Assembly: GCA_965116415.1 (NCBI GenBank)
Contig: OZ220693.1
Coordinates: 2,488,806 to 2,552,805 of the forward strand
Direction: 5' to 3'
Origin: Dehalococcoidia bacterium
GTDB lineage: Bacteria > Chloroflexota > Dehalococcoidia > Lucifugimonadales > UBA1123
Length of the DNA: 64,000 nt
Each line of letters opens with the position of its first letter. Position 1 is the first letter of the stretch. A program made the position numbers and the translations under genes. The notes under the pieces were generated by a model. That model was not told where the DNA came from. It made no database searches and saw only the letters and a program-made list of their open reading frames with translations. Of the stretch, positions 55,319-63,950 are shown in pieces.

Positions 55319-57904
55319 CTAGTCTTGGCTAAAAAGATCTCGGTCGATTCCCATTCTGATCGAGTCGGGAAGCAGTTGGAGTTGCTCAACAAGGGCGTTC
55401 CTAATGTCCCTGGGACCAGCGCTGAGGAAGACTTGCTTGTTGTTACTTCGAACAATCGCAGGTAGAAACACGCTTAGGCCGGATACAGCGTATCTGACGT
55501 TCCTCTCTGACGGGAAGCTAGTACTTTCATATTTCGACCTTAACCGATCTGCAATGACAGTTGTTTCAAGCTCATCCGGCCCGTCAATTCCAATCGCATC
55601 AAATGCCCAAAGCAAGTCCCCTATCGGGATACGCGGTTCTGAATCAACGTCGCTAATGAATTCTTTGACCCAGCGATGAACCTCGTCAGGATCGTAAAGC
55701 TTAAACACATCCTGAAACCCCACGAAATTCAAAGTACCTGCCCTTGCCGACAGCATTAGGAGCTTTGCCAAGTCTTTTGCTCGCATGGGCGTCACTTGGC
55801 TTGCCTCGCACTCACTCTGTAGAGCGCCGGACTCAAAGTCAGGTGCAATGACTAGGGTGTAATCTGCATCATGCTCTCGGCGGTGTCTTGCCAGTCTTCC
55901 TGGGCCGATCTCCTTGTTGGCCACACGACCGTTTTGCTTGGATGTGCTCTTAGCATCGTATGTGAAAGTAAACGGACCTTTGCTAGAATCCACGTTAGGA
56001 CTCAGCGGAGCCTGCGCTATGCCTTCAGGCTGGCCTTTGCCTCCGATTCGAGTAACATTGAACCCCATATAGTCGAGGGCGTCCCCAACAATCTCCTCAA
56101 GGGCTGTTGCGTTACCAGTTGACTCGTGAAGCATCTGCGCTATTTGGCCCCCGGTCCTGCGATTCAGCTGGGCAAGTAAGCGAAGAAATTCATCGCGAAA
56201 GGCACGTCCTTCGTCCAAGGTGACAGAATCAACCTCTTGTGCGATCAAGTAGAGTTCAGTTAGAAAGTCGGCAAGGACAAACTCCTGAACGAGCTTTCGC
56301 TCCTCAATTGTTCCACTACGCTCGACGACATAAGGGTGGTTGTCGTTAACTACTACGTCTCTTGTGCGCAAGTCATAGAGGGATAGGGGCAACTGGTCTC
56401 CAAATGCGTCTGCCCTTACCGATGCAATCAGGTTTCCGGGGTTATCTTCGACAGCTTGATTCCACAGATCCCTAAACTCATCCACATCGTCAATGTCTCC
56501 TCGGCTAATTGAGCTAGGAAGACCCCTGTTAGTTGCAAGACGCTCCGCCACGACCTCCGCCAGCGGCTTCATGGGAATGCTCTTCCAAGAACCGTCCAGT
56601 ATGTCACCAGCTCTTGGCCATTCAGCCATAGCGGCCTCTTTCAAGGCTGATCGCGCTCTATTGAAGGTAGACAACAGAAAACGCTTGAAGATTCTTACCT
56701 GTTGACTGTCCCTTAGTCCGTTGCGCTCCACTCCAAGGTCTGAGTCAAGGCCGTCGGCCCGAATAGTAGCCCTAAATTGCGCCCATGGGCCGTGGCTCAG
56801 GTTCTCTAAACCAAAGTCGGCCTGTTCGAGGTTAATCACTCTTCCGAGGATATTGACGAAGAACCCATTTGATGGCCCTAAGTCCTCACTCTTTCCTCCA
56901 GTTATTCTAGACTTGTAAAGAGTGACTTGTCCGGAAATTCTGCCTTCAACACCATCAATCTCCATATAAGGATAGTCAGGATCGTCAAACTCAGTAACCT
57001 TGGCGCTGTCGGCTTCGGAAGAAGGGTCGACTTCTTCAAGCCCAACTTCCTCAACAGGCAGATTCCTCCCCAGTATCCAAGTTTCACAGGGATTGATCTC
57101 GACTTTGGTAGGTTCCAAGACCTCGTCGTTTAGAATGATGGATATGTCGCTTGTTAAGGGTAGAGCACTCCTAAGCATTCTTCTGATTCGCCCCTTTTGG
57201 ATTGATCTTCCCGTTCCCCGGAGAGACGTCAAGAGAACCATTGTCCAAGTGCCAGATGGCTGAATCGGTGTGGGCTCAGGATGATGAAATTCCGTTACAG
57301 AGTGCCCCGACTCCACAAATGGCACATCTTGAGAGATTAAGTCCAAAATCTCCGTGCTCTCACGGATGGCCGTTAGAATCTCAGGTAGCTCGACCTCGGC
57401 GATTTCTCTTACCGTTAGGGGAAGTTGCTCAGGCCGCCAGACCCCTTGTAATTCCTCGATGTCGCGGTAGTTGACTGATACAGTTCGTATCTTGCCGTCG
57501 GCCGCCTTACAAATGAAGGTGACTTCAGAGGCCAAAATGTAGGTGGCGAGCTTGCCAATACCAAACTTGCCTATCTGTGGCCGCTTCGGATTCTCAATCT
57601 TCCTCTTGTGGTCACTTGTGATCGTCCAGAGTGTTTCTAGGCCGCTTATGTCCATCGAGGTGCCGTTATCGAGGACCCAGATACTGGCATTATCGCTCTT
57701 GAGGTCGTCTGGGATGGAAATGTACACAGCGGTAGCATCAGCGTCCCACGAGTTTGCTACCAACTCCTCGAAGGTCTTATTCGGGGATGAGTAAAGATTC
57801 TCCGAAAACAATTCCAGGAAACGAGGCCCAATTTCGATCGGGAACTGTTTCACTTGTTCCCCAGTTGAACGAACTGCTTCAAGAGTCTGTGAACTCGCAG
57901 CCAT
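55319..57904 (-). CDS. GHKL (Bergerat-fold, MORC/paraMORC-like) ATPase fused to a C-terminal PD-(D/E)xK (Mrr-like) nuclease domain, 861 aa
   Basis: N-box EELVANSWDADAT (aa 46-58), G1 LDNGTSMD (aa 78-85), G2 GKFGIGKLATY (aa 112-122). C-terminal LEEIVGDAL...GQPEGIA...FTFTYDAKST...LVIAPDF (aa 602-687). Residues 250-600 are unassigned. Confidence 0.7.
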   Translation of the reverse strand: MAASSQTLEAVRSTGEQVKQFPIEIGPRFLELFSENLYSSPNKTFEELVANSWDADATAVYISIPDDLKSDNASIWVLDNGTSMDISGLETLWTITSDHKRKIENPKRPQIGKFGIGKLATYILASEVTFICKAADGKIRTVSVNYRDIEELQGVWRPEQLPLTVREIAEVELPEILTAIRESTEILDLISQDVPFVESGHSVTEFHHPEPTPIQPSGTWTMVLLTSLRGTGRSIQKGRIRRMLRSALPLTSDISIILNDEVLEPTKVEINPCETWILGRNLPVEEVGLEEVDPSSEADSAKVTEFDDPDYPYMEIDGVEGRISGQVTLYKSRITGGKSEDLGPSNGFFVNILGRVINLEQADFGLENLSHGPWAQFRATIRADGLDSDLGVERNGLRDSQQVRIFKRFLLSTFNRARSALKEAAMAEWPRAGDILDGSWKSIPMKPLAEVVAERLATNRGLPSSISRGDIDDVDEFRDLWNQAVEDNPGNLIASVRADAFGDQLPLSLYDLRTRDVVVNDNHPYVVERSGTIEERKLVQEFVLADFLTELYLIAQEVDSVTLDEGRAFRDEFLRLLAQLNRRTGGQIAQMLHESTGNATALEEIVGDALDYMGFNVTRIGGKGQPEGIAQAPLSPNVDSSKGPFTFTYDAKSTSKQNGRVANKEIGPGRLARHRREHDADYTLVIAPDFESGALQSECEASQVTPMRAKDLAKLLMLSARAGTLNFVGFQDVFKLYDPDEVHRWVKEFISDVDSEPRIPIGDLLWAFDAIGIDGPDELETTVIADRLRSKYESTSFPSERNVRYAVSGLSVFLPAIVRSNNKQVFLSAGPRDIRNALVEQLQLLPDSIRMGIDRDLFSQD

Positions 57905-58491
57905 CTAACGGTTCTCTCCAATCATGCTCTCTGGGTCGCTGGACAAGGGGACGACAATTGTGTCAGCGCAAATTCTGTATGCTGCAGCCTGAGTTGGTTA
58001 TTGTTCATCTGTGCTACCGGCAGATCTGCTTGTAGCTTTCCACAATAGGGCATTGCACTACGGGCGTGAGCCCCGACCCATCATACACCGCAACTTCCCT
58101 GTCAATGTCCAACGAATTCGCTCGTTTGTACCGACTATTGTAACATTTCGTCACCGAGGCGACGCTAGCAGCAGTCAACCCGGAGCTTGTGTAGGCATTG
58201 TGGCTTCTGAACGACTACGTTGACGTCCAGTGCCTAAGCAAGCAAATGCGCAGACTTCCACTCGGTCTCTACGTGTCAATGTCGGGACTAAATGAGACTC
58301 GCGAGTCGGGCCGGGCGTGCCAAGGCGATGATCTACGTAACGCCTGAAGGACGAACCAACGCTCTTCCTCTGTTAAATCGCGAAGTCGGCATCCGACGCC
58401 TCGTAAGTGCCGATGAGCAACTCCATTCTAGGGTGTGAGTGTATCCTATCTGGCGAGGCGACCTTGTTGTTGCACGACTGCTCACCCCCGT

Positions 58492-58520
58492 TTGCCCCTC
58501 GTACGTTGCCTAAGTATAAT
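58492..58520 (+). promoter_or_regulatory. sigma70-like promoter candidate for the acyl-CoA dehydrogenase gene
   Basis: TTGCCC (58492-58497), a 17-nt spacer, then TATAAT (58515-58520), about 74 nt upstream of the ATG at 58594. Confidence 0.3.
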
Positions 58521-58593
58521 CACCACGGCCCCACGCAACTTAAGCTGTACAGGGCCGCCATACAGAAAATCCCACATCAGAGGTTGAACACAA

Positions 58594-59736
58594 ATGGACC
58601 TTACGCTCAATGAAATCCAGACCATGCTCCAGACTTCCGCGCGCGAGTTCATGGAGGACCAGGTCCCCAAGACGCGCGTCCTGGAGATAGACGACAGCGA
58701 GTCCGGGTTCGACCCCAACCTCTGGGAGCAGATGTCCGAGCTTGGCTGGCCCTCCCTCGCCATCCCCGAAGAGTACGGCGGACTGGGACAGGGATGGGTC
58801 GATCTCGGAGTCGTCTCCGAGGTCATGGGCTACTACGCCTGCCCCAGCCCGCTGCTTTCGTCCGCTGTCCTCGCTGCCCAGGCGATCCTCGCCGCCGGCT
58901 CCGAGGACCAGAAGCAGGCGATGGTTCCCGCTATCGCTGCTGGTCAGCAGATATTCACCCTCGCATACACCGAGCCTGACTACTCATGGTCCCCCAGGTC
59001 CGTGCAGCTACAGGCCTCCGCCAGCAACGGCGGCTACGTCCTGAACGGCACCAAGCTGTTCATCCCCGACGCGAACGTCGCCGACCGCATCCTGGTCGTG
59101 GCGCGCACCTCCAACGGCGACTCGCCCGAGCAGGGACTCAGCCTGCTGGCAGTCGACCGCACCGCCCCCGGCGTATCGGTCCGCGTCATGGACGGCTGGA
59201 TCGGCCCCAAGGCGTGCGAGGTCAACTTCGAGAACGTCGAAGTCGGCTCCGCAGACGTCCTCGGCGAGCCAGGAGGGGCATGGGGCGCAATCGAGACCGC
59301 GATGGACAGGGCGACTGCCGTCCTCTGCGCCTTCATGGCGGGCGGCACTCAGGCCGTCTACGACATGACCCGCGAGTACAGCCAGACTCGAATCGCCTTC
59401 GGCGTGCCCATCGGCACCTTCCAGCGCGTGCAGGACCACGTGATCGACGCGCTGACCGACGCCGACTCCGCCAAGTGGACCGCCTTCGAGGCGCTGTGGC
59501 AGCTCGACGAGGGCATGTCCGATGCCCCGGTCGGAGTATCGACCGCCAAGTCGGTCGCCAGCCTCGGATTCCCCCGGGCCTGTGACGCCGCGCACCACGT
59601 CCACGCCGGAATCGGCGCCGACCTCGAGTACGGCCTGACCCAGTACACCAAGCGCGCCCGCACTCTCCAGCACTACCTCGGCGACCACGTCTACCACAAG
59701 GCCCGCATGGCCCGCCTTCTCGCAATGGCCGGCTAG
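58594..59736 (+). CDS. acyl-CoA dehydrogenase family protein
   Basis: 380 aa. YTEPDYSWSP, GTKLFIPDA, and the RIAFGVPIGTFQRVQDHV pattern. The C-terminal helical domain has the typical ACAD layout. Confidence 0.85.
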   Translation: MDLTLNEIQTMLQTSAREFMEDQVPKTRVLEIDDSESGFDPNLWEQMSELGWPSLAIPEEYGGLGQGWVDLGVVSEVMGYYACPSPLLSSAVLAAQAILAAGSEDQKQAMVPAIAAGQQIFTLAYTEPDYSWSPRSVQLQASASNGGYVLNGTKLFIPDANVADRILVVARTSNGDSPEQGLSLLAVDRTAPGVSVRVMDGWIGPKACEVNFENVEVGSADVLGEPGGAWGAIETAMDRATAVLCAFMAGGTQAVYDMTREYSQTRIAFGVPIGTFQRVQDHVIDALTDADSAKWTAFEALWQLDEGMSDAPVGVSTAKSVASLGFPRACDAAHHVHAGIGADLEYGLTQYTKRARTLQHYLGDHVYHKARMARLLAMAG

Positions 59737-59744
59737 TTCAACAG

Positions 59745-59786
59745 CTCCCTCTCCCTTGACGGGAGAGGGTTGGGGTGAGGGTGAAA
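59745..59786. repeat. REP type-A unit, forward
   Basis: ctccctctcccttgacgggagagggttggggtgagggtgaaaa, ending immediately before the ATG of the next gene. Confidence 0.85.
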
Positions 59787-60467
59787 ATGGCCACGCAAAC
59801 CACACTCCCAATTCGCCGCTTCAACGTGGACGAGTACTACAAGATGGGCGAGATTGGCATCCTGCCGGAGGGAGGTTGCGAGTTGCTCGGTGGCGTCGTC
59901 TACATGAAGGGGGTCGACAGACCGTGGCGGTTCACCGTGGACGACTACTACGCCATGGCCGAGGCCGGCATCCTCACCCACGATGAGCGAGTGGAGCTCG
60001 TGAACGGAGAGATTGTCGAGATGTCCCCGATTGGTAGAAGGCACAGGTCTTCGGTCTATGCGCTGGGTCATCTCATCTCTCTGCAACTGGGAGACCAGGC
60101 GATCGTCGGAGTCCAGAACGCTGTGCATCTGGACAACAGTAGGGAGTTTCAGCCTGACGTCACTATTCTGAGATCAAGCGATGACTTCTACTTGTCCAAT
60201 CCGCCCGGCCCCGAGGACGTCCTCCTGCTGATCGAGGTCTCGGATTCGTCACTCAGCTATGACAGGGACGTGAAGCTCTCGCTGTACGCCGGTGCGGGCA
60301 TCCGTGAGTTCTGGATCGTAAACATCCCTGACAGTGTGGTCGAAGTCTACACCGACCCATCTGAGGGCGAATACCAGACCCGGCGCGTCTTTGGATCAGA
60401 AGATGATGTCAGCCCCACAGCGTTCTCGGACATCTCTCTGCCTGTCAGCCGGATTGTCCCGTCGTAG
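59787..60467 (+). CDS. Uma2-family (DUF820) endonuclease-like protein
   Basis: FTVDDYYAMAEAGILTHDERVELVNGEIVEMSPIGRRH ... PDVTIL ... LLIEVSDSSLSYDRDVKLSLYAGAGIREFWIVN. The ORF start at 59775 lies inside the REP, so the ATG at 59787 is preferred. Confidence 0.8.
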   Translation: MATQTTLPIRRFNVDEYYKMGEIGILPEGGCELLGGVVYMKGVDRPWRFTVDDYYAMAEAGILTHDERVELVNGEIVEMSPIGRRHRSSVYALGHLISLQLGDQAIVGVQNAVHLDNSREFQPDVTILRSSDDFYLSNPPGPEDVLLLIEVSDSSLSYDRDVKLSLYAGAGIREFWIVNIPDSVVEVYTDPSEGEYQTRRVFGSEDDVSPTAFSDISLPVSRIVPS

Positions 60468-60474
60468 GAGCCCC

Positions 60475-61191
60475 ATGGTAGACCTATCCCAGATCAAAGC
60501 CCTGACATTCGACGTAGGCGGCACCGTGTTCGACTGGCGCGGCACCATCGAGGCCGAAGTCAGCGAGCTCGCCAAACAGCAGGGCGCTGACGGCCTGGAC
60601 GTCACGGAGTTCGCCATCGACTGGCGTAGAGGTATGTTCGCCAGGCTGGCGCGCGTACGCTCACGCGAGCTTCCCTGGATGAACGCCGACGATCTGCACC
60701 GAAGCGTGCTCGACGACGTTCTCGACAAGCATACCGCGCTCACCCTCTCCGAGTCCGAGCGGGACGAACTGAACAACGTCTGGCACCGGCTCAACGCCTG
60801 GCCGGACGCTCCTGAGGCAATCGCAAGACTGCGCAGCCGCTACACGGTCGTCGTGCTGACGGTGCTGAGCTGGTCGATCGCCGTCGACTGCTCCAAACAC
60901 AACGGCATCGACTGGGACGGCATCCTGTCCTGCGAGTTCCTCGGCGACTACAAGCCCGACGAAGCAGCGTATCACGCAGGCGTCAGGCTGCTGAGACTCG
61001 AGCCAAGCCAGGCGATGATGGTCGCAGCCCATCAAGGAGACCTCAACGCCGCGATGGCCGCCGGTCTTCGCTCCGCGTTCGTAATGCGAGAGGGCGAGAC
61101 CAACATCCTGACAGGCCTCTCAGGCGAACCCGCAGAGTACGACGTCAGCGCCAAGGATTTTCCAGAACTGGCAGACCTTCTCCTCGCGTGA
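60475..61191 (+). CDS. HAD-superfamily hydrolase, haloacid dehalogenase type II-like
   Basis: AGGAG lies 4 nt before the ATG at 60475. ALTFDVGGTVFDW (motif I, D-x-x-G-T), VLTVLS, and KPDEAAY...AAHQGDLNAA. Confidence 0.75.
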   Translation: MVDLSQIKALTFDVGGTVFDWRGTIEAEVSELAKQQGADGLDVTEFAIDWRRGMFARLARVRSRELPWMNADDLHRSVLDDVLDKHTALTLSESERDELNNVWHRLNAWPDAPEAIARLRSRYTVVVLTVLSWSIAVDCSKHNGIDWDGILSCEFLGDYKPDEAAYHAGVRLLRLEPSQAMMVAAHQGDLNAAMAAGLRSAFVMREGETNILTGLSGEPAEYDVSAKDFPELADLLLA

Positions 61192-61206
61192 GGGCAACAT
61201 AAAATG

Positions 61207-61273
61207 CCCCCTCTCCCTTGAGGGAGAGGGCTGGGGTGAGGGTGAAAACCTCGAATACCTACCCCTGTCAGCC
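61207..61273. repeat. REP type-A unit plus C module, forward
   Basis: ccccctctcccttgagggagagggctggggtgagggtgaaaacctcgaatacctacccctgtcagccc. It is close to the reverse complement of 29221-29287. Confidence 0.9.
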
Positions 61274-61293
61274 CGCCAAGGGAGAGGAGGCCA

Positions 61294-62349
61294 TTAAGCG
61301 AAAGTCAACACCCTCGCCGCATTCTCCCTCGTCAGCGCCCTCACCTGGTCCTCGGTGTACCCCCGACGCCTCATCCTCGGCACAATGTTCTCGAAGATGT
61401 GCGCGTATCCATGACCGCCGTACTTGATCTGGCGGTGCCGAGTGCAGATGTCGTGCGCCATGACCACGCGGTCGTCACAGCCTAGCTCGTCCACCACCCG
61501 CTTGATGATGTCCATGCGCTGGCTGTCCGACGGCATGTCGAGGTCCGACAGCGGGTAGTGGCTCGACTCGTTGCCGAACAGGTCCCACTCCAGGTAGCAG
61601 CCGGTCTCCGCCAGCGACCTGAACGTGTCGAACTCGGCTATCGTGCGGTCGAGGTGCCCCATGATGACGCGCCCGATGTCGGCGCCCGCCTCGTCCAGTA
61701 TCTCGAGGATCTCCATCGGCGCGGTCTCGTGCCGGCCGGGGTGGATCAGGATCGCCGCGCCGGTCTCGCGCTGCGCGACCGCCGACGCTCGGAGCGACTT
61801 GCGCTCGTTGTCGGTCAGCGGCCACGTGCACCCGACCTCGCCGATGATGCCTGCGCGCACGCCCGTCCCGACCGCTCCGCTCTCGATGTCCTCGACGATC
61901 CGTCTGACCAGGTCGTCCTCTGTGCGTGAGTCCATCCCTGGCGGGTGTACGGCGTCGACGTAGAAGCCCGCGCCCATGACCACGTTGATCCCGGCCTCCC
62001 GCGCTACCCTCGCAAGTCCGTTGGGGTCGCGGCCGATGCCGATCGTCGTCGCGTCCACGATCGTCCCGCCGCCCGCGGCCTTGAACGCCCTCGCCTCTTC
62101 GACAGCGGTATCCACGTCCGTCAGCAGCAGGTTCGGAAGGCTGGAGTAGTGGTTGTAGGCTATCCAGCCACGGTTCTTGAGGGTGATCTCCTCGCGCGCG
62201 AGCCGCTGCGCCTCCGCGCCCTCAGGCTCCCTGAACATGAACGTGAAGTCGATTATCAGGTGCTCATGAGTCGTCGTCTGCCCAAGGGCGGACGGCTCCA
62301 CCGGCCCGAGTACGGTCTGAACTTTACCCTTGATGGCGTTGCTGGACAC
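61294..62349 (-). CDS. phosphotriesterase-related (PTE/PHP family) amidohydrolase-fold protein
   Basis: GQTTTHEHLIID at the N-terminus; IGEVG; ILIHPGRH; the fourth metal-binding region GHLD; MAHDI. Confidence 0.85.
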   Translation of the reverse strand: MSSNAIKGKVQTVLGPVEPSALGQTTTHEHLIIDFTFMFREPEGAEAQRLAREEITLKNRGWIAYNHYSSLPNLLLTDVDTAVEEARAFKAAGGGTIVDATTIGIGRDPNGLARVAREAGINVVMGAGFYVDAVHPPGMDSRTEDDLVRRIVEDIESGAVGTGVRAGIIGEVGCTWPLTDNERKSLRASAVAQRETGAAILIHPGRHETAPMEILEILDEAGADIGRVIMGHLDRTIAEFDTFRSLAETGCYLEWDLFGNESSHYPLSDLDMPSDSQRMDIIKRVVDELGCDDRVVMAHDICTRHRQIKYGGHGYAHIFENIVPRMRRRGYTEDQVRALTRENAARVLTFA

Positions 62350-62520
62350 GTCGAGTCACCTCACTGACTTACGCAGGCTCATTCTGACGAAACCACTAAT
62401 GACGCTAACTAACGCCCACCCGTCATTCCCGCGAAAGCGGGAATCCATTGGACTGCCTAGCTAGAAACAGTGGGGTATCAATGAAGAGTGGCGTTACGTG
62501 ACACTGATTCTATACCACCC

Positions 62521-63720
62521 CTACTCCACGCGCCTGAACCCCGGGTAGAAGATCCCGAAGAGCAGCGTGATGACCGCCAGCAGAATGCCGCTGATCATCA
62601 GCGAGTCAGGCGTGCCGGTGTACTCAGCCAGAATGCCGAACGGGATCGAGCTGAGCGGCATTGCCCCGAACGTCATCATCGCGATGCTCATCATGCGGCC
62701 CCGCATCTCCGGCGCGGCCAGCACCTGCATCATGGTCATCGTAAGCGACATCGAGATCGAGCTTATCGCCCCGATTGCGAGCAGGAACGGTATCGACACC
62801 CCGTAGTTCGTCACCTGCGAGAACATCGCCAGCGAGACGCCCCACATTATGGACGAACCTAACAGCCACAGCCCCCTGCGCTTCACGTTCGGAGCGGCGG
62901 CAAGCCCCAGTGTCCCCACCAGTGCGCCGATGCCCATGATTCCCATGAGGGCGCCGAGGTCTTCGGACCCCACGTTCAGCGCCTCTCTCGCCCACGCTGG
63001 CAGCAGCGCGTAGTACGAGAACCCGAACAGCGTCGTGAGCAGCACCAGGATGATCAGGCCCAGCCGAGCGCGGTCTCCGGCGGCGTACTTCAGCCCCTCG
63101 ATGACGTCGCCGCCCACGCTCCTGCGGGAGTTGGATGCAGGCTTCGTTCCGGCATTTACCAGCATCGTGGAAATCACAGAGAAGACGTATATCGCGCCAA
63201 CGGTGAAGAACACGCCGTGAGTGCCGACCAGCACGATCATGAACCCAGCCACGGCCGGCCCCACGATTCGCGTCAGGTTCATCCCCGAGTTGTTCAGGCT
63301 GATGGCGTTCATCAGGCTCCTCTCAGGAACGATCTCCGACAGCATCGCCTGCCTGCTCGGCATGTTGAACGTCATCAGCGAGCCGTTGATGAACCCGATC
63401 GCCAGCACGTGCCAGAACTCCACGAGCCCGGTCATGTCCAGCATACCGATGACGATCGTCATCACCGCGTTGCCCGCCTGAGAGATGATGACCAGGTACT
63501 TGCGTGGAAGCCTGTCCGCCAGCGCACCCCCGATCGGGGACACCAGCGTCATCGGCACCGAGAAGCTCGCCATGACCCACGCCAGCGCGACCGGGGAGTC
63601 GTCCGTCAGCCGCAGCACCAGCCATGCCCGCGTGATCATCTGCATGTTCATCGCCAGGAACGACACGAACGAGCCAGCGGCCATCCAGCGGAAGTCGCGG
63701 TACTGCATCGACTCGAACAT
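62521..63720 (-). CDS. MFS transporter
   Basis: 12 predicted hydrophobic segments. MFESMQYRDFRWMAAGSFVS N-terminus. GGALADRLPRK loop 2-3 motif. The ORF extends to a TTG at 63810. Confidence 0.85.
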   Translation of the reverse strand: MFESMQYRDFRWMAAGSFVSFLAMNMQMITRAWLVLRLTDDSPVALAWVMASFSVPMTLVSPIGGALADRLPRKYLVIISQAGNAVMTIVIGMLDMTGLVEFWHVLAIGFINGSLMTFNMPSRQAMLSEIVPERSLMNAISLNNSGMNLTRIVGPAVAGFMIVLVGTHGVFFTVGAIYVFSVISTMLVNAGTKPASNSRRSVGGDVIEGLKYAAGDRARLGLIILVLLTTLFGFSYYALLPAWAREALNVGSEDLGALMGIMGIGALVGTLGLAAAPNVKRRGLWLLGSSIMWGVSLAMFSQVTNYGVSIPFLLAIGAISSISMSLTMTMMQVLAAPEMRGRMMSIAMMTFGAMPLSSIPFGILAEYTGTPDSLMISGILLAVITLLFGIFYPGFRRVE

Positions 63721-63950
63721 CGGGTACCGGCGATAGGACAGCAGCGAGGGTTTCGTGACCTCTTCCGAAGACGCGGCGGTATCCTCTGGGGTCAGAGTCC
63801 GTTGATCCAAGGTCTACCGCGCACTGAAGCTGAATTGCGGAAATGGAGTGCAGGTCACAATGAATCAGATTACACCCGCCACCCCAACCGGGTCAACAGA
63901 ATTTGGGCGGTGACTTCCACTCTCGCCCGATGGAAGGGCCAGGACAATGG

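Noticed and set aside
55309-55455. Longer form of the methyltransferase ORF starting at TTG 55455
   Set aside because: It would overlap the upstream GHKL gene by 137 nt on the same strand. A GTG with an AGGTG Shine-Dalgarno sequence lies 11 nt after that gene's stop and still precedes the conserved HPFPARM motif. The longer start cannot be formally excluded.
54132-58369. 10-bp direct repeat CGCTCTTCCT at 54132-54141 and 58360-58369, bracketing the methyltransferase and GHKL genes, as possible att sites
   Set aside because: The match does not extend beyond 10 bp. A chance 10-mer match between two search windows of about 500 bp is not improbable (order of 0.2). It is kept only as a hint.
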